From Fistulifera solaris (lineage: Eukaryota): a stretch of 64,000 nucleotides of DNA. The stretch lies in the NCBI GenBank assembly GCA_030295235.1, contig AP026162.1, forward strand, positions 1,364,001 through 1,428,000, read 5' to 3'. Each line of letters begins with the position of its first letter. The stretch's first letter is position 1. A program made the position numbers and the translations under genes. Below, one piece after another: positions 46,059 through 57,437 of this stretch. Below the pieces are notes generated by a model, which saw only the letters and a list, made by a program, of their open reading frames with translations, was not told the origin of the DNA and searched no databases.

Positions 46059-48291
46059 ATGATTGACGAAGATGGAAACAATTTGCCCTGGGATTCACTG
46101 TGGGAGTACTTTCTCGGCGACGAGGAACTTGATTCTGTTCCACCGAGGGGTAGTATTGTTTCACGACGCCGACAGAACGTCCGATTGCATGATACCCAGA
46201 TGCAACTCAATTCTCCAGCAAATACTCGTGGCCGATCTACTTCTAGAGTAACCAAGCCTTCCCAATCCAGTGAGTTTGAATGTCAAGCAAAAATGCTGAA
46301 CGTGCACAGTGTGACTTCCGCAAAAGCATCACACCGTAGTAACGCTCGGAATGACTCAAGAAACAATCATCTACTCGCAGATACCAAATGTAACAATAAA
46401 ACCGAATGGGACATGCGAGATGAAAAAGACAACGAGCAGCTTGCAACCTCTCAACAATGTACAAAACCGACGAGCGGCGTCACTGATGCAATACGAAAGA
46501 AAGATGAACGAGATAGAAACACGGAAGGAAAATTCTCCCAAGTTTCTCATGTCCAAGCATCGCTAGATAAAGTTAATGCTTCATCTGCTAATGAAAATTC
46601 TCCAGCTCGAGTTATTCGACTGCAGTATACTCCACAAAGACGCCTATTGACGGAAAATCACAAAATGACGGAAGCAGGGGAAGGCCATCTAAGTACAGAC
46701 GTTTCTTCGTCGCAAAGTACGAATGCTTTTTCTAACGTCGGAAGTAAGATTGGTTACCCAGTGGTGGTTCAGCCGAGAAACCGAAGTCGAAGTGAAGCGG
46801 ACACTTTAGACCCTTTCATTCAAGCCGAAAGCAGCACAGAACGAATAGTTGCCCAGTGTTTTGCGAGTGCTACCAGTCGTAAGGGTGCTACACAGCGTGG
46901 TGCTTGCCGTTCGATTAGGAATCTATCTGAATTGGAGAGAATATTGTCGATGAAAGCCGGTATTCCTATTTATCAGCTTTCACGCGATGAGTTAATTGAG
47001 ATGTTTCCAAAACTTGTGGCTGTCGCAGACAAAAGAGTCGAGGTAGTTGGACGCTCTTCTGAATTCCAGAGTTCTATTCCTGCTCACCTGCAGGCATCTC
47101 TCGGAAATCAAGGCGAACCGCAATTACTCTATGAATACAATTATGAGTCCGAAGAGCACAAGTTTGTCTCGTACAGATCTTTCAGTGCTTCGCCACTGGC
47201 TTCCATGCACGTCGAAACTAGGAAACTCGACAGATCGCCGTCGGTTGGGACAATTGATGTCTTGATCCAAGTGGAGGTACGAATGCGTACAACGCTTATA
47301 ATGTGCACTTACTTCTGAGCTAACCATCCTGTTTCAGGCGTCCACCGTGTCTCCGACCGACTGTTTCATCCGGCAAGGAAGATGCCCGAGTCATATATCT
47401 GTCCCGTTACCCAATACCCCAGGAGTTGACGCGGTTGGAAAAATATATCGCATCGATAAGCGTTCATCTCAAAGATACAAGCTAGTAGCCGGAGATCGAG
47501 TGATGTCGCTGGTAAAGTGGGGAGGGAATGCAAGGTATCTGCAAATCGATCCGACCAAAGCAGTAAAAATACCAGATACAGTAGACCCTGTTTCTGCCGT
47601 TTGTCTGACAGAGACGTATGTTGCCGCATACCAAATTCTTTTCATGGTATCGTGGGAGCTAAACGCCGAAAAAAAAGCTCGCTAGCAGGGAGAACGTATA
47701 TGCTTTCCGGATCGATTGATCCCAAACTTGCACGCGCGATTGCAGCGATCGCGAAGTATGGTGGAGTCAAGGCCATTTACGCCAGTGCTAAATGCAAGTA
47801 CAACCGATACTTTCAAAAAATAGGCATAATCCCATACGACCAGGAGAGTGATGAACTGACAGCAGCCATGGAAGGAAAATTCGATCGCGTAGTACTGTTT
47901 CATCAAGACGTTTCAAAATCTCATTTCGATCTTTTGAAGAAGGACGGGGACATAATAGTTGTTTGGGGGATAGGGGGCGCATCGAAGCCCCATGAACCTT
48001 CGAAATTGCAGCCAAATATTTTCTGCAGTAGACATAAATCGCAACACCACGGAAAAGTTTACAATTATGATGTTTTTGAAGAATGGGCGGAACGAAATGA
48101 GCAGTGCAAATCTGATCTTTCGTTCCTCGTAGGTCTTCTGGTTAAAGGTATCATTGCTCCACATATCCATCATCGCATTTCTCTGCGTCAAGTGGGCGAA
48201 GGCCCAAGAAATGCTTGAATCAAAGCATTTCTCCGGATTTATTGTTTGCGAACCGTGGCTCGTTTCAAAATCGAAAGCACTCCGTCTTTAG
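46059..48291 (+). CDS. MDR-family (GroES-like, quinone oxidoreductase-like) protein with a long disordered N-terminus
   Basis: 'DVLIQVE|ASTVSPTDCFIRQG..PLPNTPGVDAVG..GDRVMSL..GGNARY..KIPDTVDPVSA', and C-terminal '..LVKGIIAPHI..ISLRQV..GFIVCEPW'. Intron at about 47277-47337; frameshifts at about 47640 and 48200. Confidence 0.78.
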
Positions 48292-48328
48292 CGGTATAGT
48301 AGTATTCTAGCAGTGTAATCTAATCAAT

Positions 48329-50761
48329 TTATTGATCCTGGCAATTGTCCAGTACGACTTGTTTCATTACTCGATAAGGAGCACTCCTTCCTGTCCATAA
48401 TTCGAACTGACCGACTCCTTGTTCCCAAAGCATTTCCGAGCCACGCACGAAACTGCAACCAGTTGCCTCGGCCTGCCTCAGTAGTTCTGTGTAGTATGGC
48501 TTGTAATTAACATCAAAAATAACTGGTTTATCCCCATCAAGCGGCAACAACCAAGGAGGCAAGACAAACTCCGCAGCAGCTGGAAGCGTACTGATCACAA
48601 CCCTAACATTACTTCCTGGTGTCTTTCGCAGGATATCGCCAAGACAAATGCCTTCTTGCAAAGACTGCTCGTCAAGGGATGTGACGACTGTCCCACCGAA
48701 CGACTCAACAAGATCTTGAGCTTTTGATGGAGTGCGATTGAAATATATGCATTGCAGACCAAGTTTCCTCGCCACGTATGCCGCAGCACGGGCGGTCCCA
48801 CCTGCGCCCAATATTAAAGCGTAGTCCAAAGAGTGATCAACTTTACTGCCCAAGAGTCGATTCAGAGGATTGTATATTCCTCGCCAATCAGTGTTATCTC
48901 CGTAGATCACTCTCTTGAAATCATCGTCAACATATTCCTCTTTGGCAATAATAGTATTCACACTCCCGATAGCTTTCGCTGCTTCGCTCATCACATCAAC
49001 GTACGGAATAATTGCTTGCTTATGAGGAATAGTAACACTCGTTCCTCCAAACAAACTCGACTTGAAGAAGTCTGACTGGACGAAATCTTCAACAGTTGGA
49101 ACATCTACCCTGACGTATTGATGAGGCAGTTTTGTTGCAGCGAAAGCAGCTCCATGCATTTGTGGACTGACCGAGTACGCAATGTTATGTCCCAAAATGG
49201 CGTACGTCTTCTTTTCAAATATATTCGTGAGCAGTCTCGTCGTCATGATTTCATTGGAAGTCATCTGTCCTGGAGCTGCTTTAAAAGGAAGCGATTCATG
49301 CGTGACCGGTGTAAAGGGAAAGTTAATTACTCGCGAGAACTGGCCAACATCACCAAGAACGAGCGAAATATGAGGAATTACTGGTTTTCCATCTTGTTCC
49401 GCTAGTTCGGCCGCAATCAATGCCGCTTCGTACGCCATTCGATCCCGCGATTCGTCTGTGATCGATAAAACAACCTTGGCTCCATGGGCCCTTCCATTAA
49501 GAGCACATTTTTGGAAAAATAAAACCGCCTCTTCCGTTGAGACTTCTTTCCCGACAACATGATGGCTGCCCAGAATCTGACTCGAATAACGCTCCTCTGC
49601 CCTATCCAGTAGATTGCTCGTTTTTTGCGAGTCCCATGCGCTTTCCACGTCCAGGACCTCCACACCACCACGTAAACCCCACTGAAGCAACTGGAACATC
49701 GACTCAATTCCCTTTTCATCGTCGGGGTACGTGCCAGCCTGATTGGCGGTACGAACTGTGTAAACAATGGGCATGCAATCTTCTATGACAGAACCCACAA
49801 ACGGCAGCGCAGGACTTCGTCGGGTATGAGGACGGCAGTATCGACGCAATTCTTGCATCCCGTACAGGAGATCGAATCGGCTGTCGCGACAATCTAGCAA
49901 ATCGGTTCGGTATTCCATGGCATCGACATCGGCGCACATGCTTTCTACGAATTGTTCCACTTGTGAAATTTCCGGAAAGCTCAAGCTCAGAAAGAACGTG
50001 TGATCTCCCATGGTAAGGTGTGCCGTGTTGGCTGTTCTTGTTTTGTCGCCCGGAATGGGAGGTATCAGTCGTGCTCGCGCGAGCAATCGAATCATTTCCC
50101 ATTCGATATGCTCCCACGATGATGTCGTATCCTGCTCGTCTTGGGTGCCTTCGTCGCGGATACAAAGCTCATAATCCGAATTCGGCACCAAGACACTTTC
50201 TTCTATTTTTTCTTTGAGTGCTGTAGCTTCCTCGCTCATTTCACTGCTGGAGGGTTCGACATTCACGTAAATAGCCAAATGCCCGCTCTCGTAGAATGCT
50301 TTCACTAAATCCGATAATTCAGCTTGCGTCAGTTGATTGGATTCTTTGCCGGATTGAAGTTGTCGGAAATCAATAACAGCAATATCAGGCCAATGAGACT
50401 GTTCAAAAATGTCTTGAATGGGCCGTAGATTACCAGTATCATCCATCAATGGAAGCAACTGACTCGTTTTCAATTGCGTTTTCATCAAATAGTTTGCGAG
50501 TCGGTTCAATTCGTTCCCCTTCTCCGAAGACATGCCGATGAGAACAATCGGCTTGTCGTATTCGTGAAACATATTTTTACCAGTGAACATTGTAGTTTTA
50601 GCATCGGTAGCCATCGTTTGCGAGGATGCTAGCGAAAAACATGTCTCGGACGTTGTTGTGTGTCGACCCGATGTGAAACGACTACCCGCGCTCAAGAAAG
50701 CCGATGAGATCGTCGTGAACCAGCATAACAAAAGATATGCGAAGCGATGAACCGAATTCAT
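48329..50761 (-). CDS. Plastid-targeted 3-dehydroquinate dehydratase (type I)-shikimate dehydrogenase fusion with a degenerate N-terminal shikimate-kinase-like region
   Basis: ISSA-F presequence. DHQase: '[10 protein letters not shown]', '[10 protein letters not shown]', 'SHH', 'AAPGQM'. SDH: 'SVSPQMH', 'SVTIPHK', 'GSVNT', 'GDNTDW', '[10 protein letters not shown]', 'NRT', 'QFELWTG'. Confidence 0.92.
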   Translation of the reverse strand: MNSVHRFAYLLLCWFTTISSAFLSAGSRFTSGRHTTTSETCFSLASSQTMATDAKTTMFTGKNMFHEYDKPIVLIGMSSEKGNELNRLANYLMKTQLKTSQLLPLMDDTGNLRPIQDIFEQSHWPDIAVIDFRQLQSGKESNQLTQAELSDLVKAFYESGHLAIYVNVEPSSSEMSEEATALKEKIEESVLVPNSDYELCIRDEGTQDEQDTTSSWEHIEWEMIRLLARARLIPPIPGDKTRTANTAHLTMGDHTFFLSLSFPEISQVEQFVESMCADVDAMEYRTDLLDCRDSRFDLLYGMQELRRYCRPHTRRSPALPFVGSVIEDCMPIVYTVRTANQAGTYPDDEKGIESMFQLLQWGLRGGVEVLDVESAWDSQKTSNLLDRAEERYSSQILGSHHVVGKEVSTEEAVLFFQKCALNGRAHGAKVVLSITDESRDRMAYEAALIAAELAEQDGKPVIPHISLVLGDVGQFSRVINFPFTPVTHESLPFKAAPGQMTSNEIMTTRLLTNIFEKKTYAILGHNIAYSVSPQMHGAAFAATKLPHQYVRVDVPTVEDFVQSDFFKSSLFGGTSVTIPHKQAIIPYVDVMSEAAKAIGSVNTIIAKEEYVDDDFKRVIYGDNTDWRGIYNPLNRLLGSKVDHSLDYALILGAGGTARAAAYVARKLGLQCIYFNRTPSKAQDLVESFGGTVVTSLDEQSLQEGICLGDILRKTPGSNVRVVISTLPAAAEFVLPPWLLPLDGDKPVIFDVNYKPYYTELLRQAEATGCSFVRGSEMLWEQGVGQFELWTGRSAPYRVMKQVVLDNCQDQ

Positions 50762-51149
50762 CGTTTATTTCGAAACGAAACGAAAATAAAGGCCAAGTTT
50801 TGTGTAAAAAAGTAAGAAGCGATTGATTGAATGGATCGCACATCGGAGGCATCACACAAATCTCTTGTGTCATACGTCACATCATCAACTCGTCGCGAGT
50901 CACGAACCTGTTCGAGATGGCTAAAGGCTAAAACTACTGCATAGAACATGGAGCCTAACCTATTTCATCACAAGAATAATAAAGTGAAACATCAGCAAAA
51001 ATAGAGCAGTGACAATATGCTCAATTGGTGGCTATCTAACCAGCGGTTCGTTGCTCGTTCCACTTCGCAAACATTCAACGATGAAACGACAATCGACGTT
51101 CACAATGAAACAATAGTTGATGCATCATTTTAATATTTGCTGATAAAAT

Positions 51150-51495
51150 CTATGCATCTACATTCTCGGTTGACAATCCCTTGAATGTGGAAACTTCTAC
51201 AAGTTGGGCAAGGGTGTACAACTTTTCATCGGCATCCTCATCTTCGTTGCGCTTTCGGCTCAATCGCACTCGAACACGGGTTGGTACGTTCTTTACACCA
51301 GACTTCCAAACAAATTTATTCAAAGCGGCATCAATTCGTACATCCGAAGTTCCCATAGCTTTTTTGCGCAAAGGCACGAATTTCCTTCATGGCGCGAGGA
51401 GCGCGGCGTTTGAATTGCAACTTGTGTACGCGCTTCGACAAGTGAATAGTGTAGTCTCGTGTAACGAGATCTGGTTTGGGGGCGCCTTTGACCAT
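51150..51495 (-). CDS. RPL31: 60S ribosomal protein L31 (eL31)
   Basis: [86 protein letters not shown]. One-nt indel in the T run at about 51360. Confidence 0.95.
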
Positions 51496-51879
51496 GATAA
51501 ATACTGTGAATTAAATAAAGATTACTGTGAAGACCGGCGAAGGGGACAGAAAAGTGAGCAAAATTTTAATTTGGCCGAACAAAGACTTCCGTTACAAACT
51601 ATTGCGTTCCCCAGCTACAATCGACAATCGTACACAGAACCAAACTCCGATACATCATTCATTCGCTATGAGCTCACATGCCTTACCTTGAACGTTTGCA
51701 AGGATAATCCTGCCGCGACAGCGAGTTGAGACGAACTGTTGCAATCTCTCCGAGGTTTTGGTGTTGTTGCTCCGTTTATTATTTGTAGTAAAGCGGTAAA
51801 TAATCATCCTTATCTCTAAACGAAAGCTACTCTCACTATGAAGTAACATGATGTATGATGTACTCTGTAGGGGACTGAC

Positions 51880-52834
51880 TAAGGCTCATGACTAAAATGC
51901 AGTCGTGACAAAAAACGAATGACACTCTTTGAGGCCATAGTACATACTAGCGATAGCGACACGAGGCTGTCCGGCATCGTTACATCAGATGTGCATGCAA
52001 AATGCTTAATTTCGAAAAATATTCGCTATGTTTTAGAAAGCAAATGTTTCTCAACAAGCTTGGAGAAAGAGCGAAAAGTTCGGTAGCAGTCGTCTGGCCC
52101 ATTTTTTGATTCATGACTAAAAATGCAGTCGTGGTAACGACGATTTCACACTTTGGGTGTATAGTACTCCGAGTAAAAATATCCAAGATTCATTCATGAT
52201 TGCTAACGATCCCCAAAGCTTGTTCACGCAATGAATCACTGTAGCATCACCTTTAATGCCATAACATTTGAGCATTGACTTAATGCTTGCTTTTGTGGAC
52301 TTCATCGTTGCCGTTTCATTTGCATTTCGTATTTGACTGAAATTCAGTCAATGAGGGCGTATACGAACAGCAATAGTGAATCTGCCGTCACCGATCCGAA
52401 AGCTTTTCGGAGTTCGGAGCCAAGAAACGATACATTGCGTTTAAATGATGATGATATTTCGTAGCATCACTGTCGTTGCCACCACATATGACCGTTCATG
52501 TTGCCTTTTTATTTGCTTTTTCTTACGTCGATCGTGACTGGATTTCAGTCAAGGAGGGCGTAAACCAACACTTTGCTACTATAGTGAATGTGCCAGTCAC
52601 CAATCCGAAAGCTTTTCGGAGTTCGGAGCCAAGAAACGATACATTGCGTTTAAATGATGATGATATTTCGTAGCATCACTGTCGTTGCCACCACATATGA
52701 CCGTTCATGTTGCCTTTTTATTTTTTTTATTTGCTTTTTGTACGTCGATCGTGACTGGATTTCAGTCAAGGAGGGCGTAAACCAACACTTTGCTACTATA
52801 GTGAATCTGCCGTCACCGATCCGAAAGCTTTTCG
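51880..52834 (+). repeat. ~220-bp palindrome-anchored repeat, locus D (5 anchors; the last ~2.4 units are near-identical)
   Basis: Anchor G positions 51890, 52115, 52335, 52536 and 52753 (spacing 225/220/201/217). 52335-52834 is a near-perfect tandem duplication. Confidence 0.9.
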
Positions 52835-53063
52835 AAGCCATTACTGGTAGCGACCTGGCAGAAGTTTGGTGCATAGATAATCTTGAGACTAAGAACGTTA
52901 TACGTCCTTAGTCTAGAGAGACTCTGACACTTGATTTTTTAATAAAAAAAATCAAGCCATTTTTCGCGTTGACACCGACACCGCACCGACCGGCATGCTG
53001 CATGTGACTGACGGCGCTGTACAAAACAGTATCGGGCTTCGAAACAGTCAATTGTACAGTTAA

Positions 53064-53187
53064 TAGCCGTTAAAACAGTTTCTTACTATAAATATTCATG
53101 TACAGAAGGAATTATTCAAAGTGTTCAAATCCATACTATTTGAATTTTTTATCCGTATAATCTAACGGAACATTGGATTCTCCCGCC
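53064..53187. promoter_or_regulatory. Putative cell-cycle promoter module (MSA/Myb3R, CHR, CCAAT and E2F-like sites) upstream of WEE1
   Basis: TTTAACGGCTA (minus, 53064-74), TCTAACGG (53161), TTTGAA three times (53115, 53124, 53139), ATTGG (53172), TTCTCCCGCC (53178). Confidence 0.4.
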
Positions 53188-53517
53188 ACTCATACTTAGG
53201 GTTCCTTCGAGCAGTCCTTCCTAAGATGTTGCTTGCTTAACGAAAAAGACTGTGTCCGTAATCACACCTAGAAGAAAGGTGCGCACGTCCACCACTTTGG
53301 CAAGGCGCGGTATGCGACGAGGAGACGATGAAAGCATCAACTCGATTTCATCCTTTTGTCGTGACGAAAGAAGATTCAAAGATCAGTTCGAAGATCAGTT
53401 TCATCGTTTTGATAATACTTTGATCTCAAATCTGTTTCGTTTAAGATCAAGGAAGGAGCGCATAGTAGGCATAATCGCACATTGGAGGTTTTGATCGGTC
53501 ACAATCTACGTGCAAAA

Positions 53518-55932
53518 ATGGACAGTCACATGAACGAAAAATCATCATTGGGCAACAATCTCTCTTACGCCGACAACGGGGACATGGTAGACAGTGAAAT
53601 TCATAGCGATGTTGATACGGTTATGATGGATGACAACTCGATCGGTCTTGCTAGTCCTATTCGTTCCTGCAAAGGTCGTGCGCTTCCGTCGTCTGTTTGC
53701 AATTCTTTCTTCCCATCTGAGCGAAATAGCACCAGGGGAACTGCTCCGTCCAGTCCATCGCACAAAGCTGCTTCTACTCCTAATTCGCGGCGTCTCTTTC
53801 GTGATGATAGTACCGACAACAGTGAAAGCAGTCTCCAGGATATGCTAGGAAATTACTCGCCTTACAAAGGCTACAGGAATAAGAACACAAGACGCGACAC
53901 GCTTGAAACACAGCACACAGCCGGAAGTGACATGTCGATTCAAAGTACCCAAGAATTTACAGTGTGCAATTCCCCATGGGCCTATCAAAACAATTACAGA
54001 CGATTAAGTCGAGATTCGACCGGAAGTGCTGCTCCTGCGACGGTATCACGGAAACGAGCGTCTACCGAACGGCGTCAGAGCGATGCCCCGGAAACGCCCT
54101 ATAGACGAACACCAACCCGAAGCACGAATCTTTTCAGCGGTTCTACGAATGCTCCAGATACAGGGTCCAGCATGATGCATTGTTCCCCTCACATGTCCCC
54201 CAACTCGTTTATGACGATCGACGGTCGATTCGTTCAATCGAAGAACCCGTTCAGCAGTCCAATGATGCAGTGGGATGAAGCGGAAATTACACCTCGACAG
54301 GCAGCTGCTGCTGCGGCGGCGGAAAAGCAAGAATATCAACTGTCGGCGCCTCCTTTCCCCATGGCATTCGGTAGCGAGGAGGATGAGAAGAACATCCAGC
54401 AATATCTCCCTCCACGACGGGGAAACCGACGCTCGTTCCTACCTCCTTCTCTGGAACAGATCAACGGCGGATTCCCCGATCAAAGGTTCAGTTTTACAGG
54501 TTCTCCGATTGCCGAAAGCAACGGGACGGACGATGCTGAATACAGCCCGGTTAGAAATAGAGCGAAACCTCCGGAAGCAATGGAAACGGATCTTGCATCA
54601 TCTGGCAGTTTGCACAAGGTTCGACGTCTCTGTCTTGAAGATGACGTAGTGGCGGCGACAGGCCAGCATGTTCGCCTGTCGTCGAATAGCCTTCGAAATC
54701 GCCGGCCTCCCGCTATTGAAACTGGATTGGATAGCGACGAAGACAACAAGACAGCCGCAAGCAATTTGTCTCTTGGTTGGGAACACTATGACGGAGTCAG
54801 CCCCACGGACATTCAAAGTTTCCCGCTTGTTCCACCAACGCCCATAAAACAGAAGAGAGGGCCTCCACAGCCGCCCTATGCACGTCCTCGAAGCAGCAGC
54901 TCTATTGAGCACACCGAGCAGAGCTCCAAATCACGGTTTCACGGAGATTTCGATATCATTTCAGAGTTGGGCAAAGGAAGTTTTGGTTGCGTTTACAAGG
55001 TTTTGTCACGCTTAGATGGATGCATGTATGCGATCAAGGCAGCACACAGACAAGCGAAAGGTCGTGCAGATAGGGATAGAATGCTACAAGAAGTAAGTAC
55101 TTTGGTGACACGCGTGGCGATGCAAAGTGGCTGTACGTCTCACTTTGTTTGACCAGGTCTACGCATTAGCAACACTATCCGATCAGGCGGATACTGCTAC
55201 CTTTCACATTGTTCGGTATCACCAAGCTTGGATGGAAGATGACAGGCTATATATACAGACGGAACTCTGTACTGGGACTTTATTAGACGAAATTGCGCAT
55301 TGCGGTGGTCTTTCAGAGCCAAGGAAATACAAGTTGCTTCGCGAAATACTGCTTGCTTTGGCTTTCATCCACCGAAACAAGATGTGTCATCTGGACATCA
55401 AGCCCGAAAACATTTTCTTGAAAAACGATCAGTACAAGCTCGGTGATTTTGGTCTAGTTACCGTGGCTTCTGCCTCACAAAACGTGGAAGAGGGCGATTC
55501 AAGATACATGTCAATGGAGCTTTTATCAGGCGATCGATCGGACTTGACAAAAGTGACATCTTCTCTCTTGGGATTTCCGTTTATGAATTGTGCCTCGGTC
55601 AACCTCTTCCAACGAGTGGAGAAAAGTGGCAAGATTTAAGAGCTGGTCGCTTTGATCCACTCCCTGGGACGAGCGTGGAACTGACCATGCTGATCAAGCG
55701 AATGATGAATCCCAAGCCCGATCAAAGGCCTTCGGCGACTGAACTTTTAAAACATCCTAAGTTACTCAGTGACGAGGAGAAAGCATTGATTCGCGAACGA
55801 GACAAGGTAGCTGCCGCAAACTTACAGCTTCAGGCTGCCCAACAGTTTCATCAATTTCCGCCACCTGCGCAACAACTAAGGAAGAAATTGACACGGGCAA
55901 ATACATGGAATGGCACTCTTCCCAATTGTTGA
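53518..55932 (+). CDS. WEE1: WEE1-like tyrosine kinase
   Basis: S/T-P-rich N-terminus; 'SRFHGDF..LGKGSFG..LDGCMYAIK', 'HIVRYHQAW', 'HLDIKPENIF', DFG, WEE1 signature 'EEGDSRYM'. Intron at about 55093-55156; frameshift at about 55550. Confidence 0.92.
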
Positions 55933-56026
55933 TTCGTTCCATAAAATCTTGATCAGCAATTCATGGAGTGTTAAAAATTTATAATAGGCCTAAAGCAGTA
56001 AATAAAAAAGGTTTTACATGATCATG

Positions 56027-56959
56027 TTATCTTGTCAACATTGATTGGCTTCTTGCGACGAATGATTGAACCATGCTAGGGTTCAGTCCGCACACGGCGC
56101 TTTGTAACAATACATTGCTAGCTTTCAATGTATTCTCAGCCTTTTCCAAAGACATGAGCTCGATTGGTCCGACAAAATCCGTTCGCGCTCGACCTCCCAA
56201 CGAAGCATACCACGAATGCCCCTGACTCATTCGTCTCATTCCTATTGTTTCGTAGGCAAGTTGTACCTGTCCATACTCTTCTTCTTTGTCGGCAGCTCGA
56301 TCCGGATGGTAGTCAAAGGAAAGACGCCTATACTTTTGCTTAATGGCTGCATCGTCATCATCGTGGGCCACGCCCAAGATCTCGCGCGCTTGAGCCGTCG
56401 TCATGGCGACAGATTTGGCATCAATGACTGCATCATAGACATACTTGTAAAAGGAATCCGCTGGTTCTACACTGTACTCCATGAGATTTCGTGGGACGGA
56501 CTGGAAGACATGTGAACCCTGGATGGCCAGTTGACTCAATTCGCGACAATAATACGAAGCCGCCGCGATGGGCAAAACCGAATCTTCCTCTGAACGAGCG
56601 AGTACCAACTGAGCGACAGGTATCCAGTCGGGTACAATTGAGCCAGCTCGTGCCGCAATCACGTATTCTGATGTCATCAGGTCATCGTCGTCTTCGGTCT
56701 CTTTTCGGAGTGTCTTGGCGTTGTTGAGTAAAAGTTCATCGTACTTCTTTCCTAATCTTAAAAGTGAGGCATTGACATCGTAAGGCGTCTTTTGGCAGTT
56801 CCCGACTTTTTTGTTCTTGGTGGCCATGCCCATGCCTGCCCACAACGACGTGGTAGACGGCGATGACGAAGGGGCGGAAGAGACATGGAATGCCACTGCT
56901 CCGTGTGAGCAAAGTAGTAGTAGAAAGATCGATGCGACGTAGTAGGTCATTGTGAGCAT
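56027..56959 (-). CDS. Plastid-targeted J-domain (DnaJ) protein
   Basis: Signal peptide AVA-F plus S-rich transit peptide. Internal J domain 'AREILGV..IKQKYRRLSFDYHPDR..VQLAYETI'. Confidence 0.85.
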   Translation of the reverse strand: MLTMTYYVASIFLLLLCSHGAVAFHVSSAPSSSPSTTSLWAGMGMATKNKKVGNCQKTPYDVNASLLRLGKKYDELLLNNAKTLRKETEDDDDLMTSEYVIAARAGSIVPDWIPVAQLVLARSEEDSVLPIAAASYYCRELSQLAIQGSHVFQSVPRNLMEYSVEPADSFYKYVYDAVIDAKSVAMTTAQAREILGVAHDDDDAAIKQKYRRLSFDYHPDRAADKEEEYGQVQLAYETIGMRRMSQGHSWYASLGGRARTDFVGPIELMSLEKAENTLKASNVLLQSAVCGLNPSMVQSFVARSQSMLTR

Positions 56960-57437
56960 GCTTTATTTCTCTTAGTAAAGAAAGACGGAAGCTATAGTTA
57001 GCAAGCTCTTTGGTGGTTTATCGTTGGAAGAACGTATGGAAAAACAGAATGACGATGGGGGAGGAAAAAAGGAAAAAGAACGTAACGCAAAAGGCGAAAA
57101 GTGATGGTTCGCGGAAAGACGGAAGACATACAGACGCAGCGCTCGTCGTTCTCGTTTCATTCACGATTCATTCATGACTGATTAGATAAAAAAAGTAATC
57201 TACTACATACTGGACAGTAAATTTTCAACGCATGAAAAGTCTTTCTTTGTGTAGGCGGGCAATTTTATTTGGGCACGCAGTCCCGCCTTGAGCAACGGAT
57301 GCTTTTCGACCTCCTCAAAGTTGCAACAAAAACCTACGCTGCGAGGGGGGAGTTTTAATGCAACAATGTATCATTGATATACATTCAGTCAGTCGTTTCC
57401 TTCTATTATATATTAACAACATCGATTGTCTTCCATC

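Noticed and set aside
51500..53480. Autonomous transposon or centromere in the long intergenic region
   Set aside because: No transposase, RT or integrase ORF, TIRs or TSDs were seen, and the region is not a long, strongly AT-rich block.
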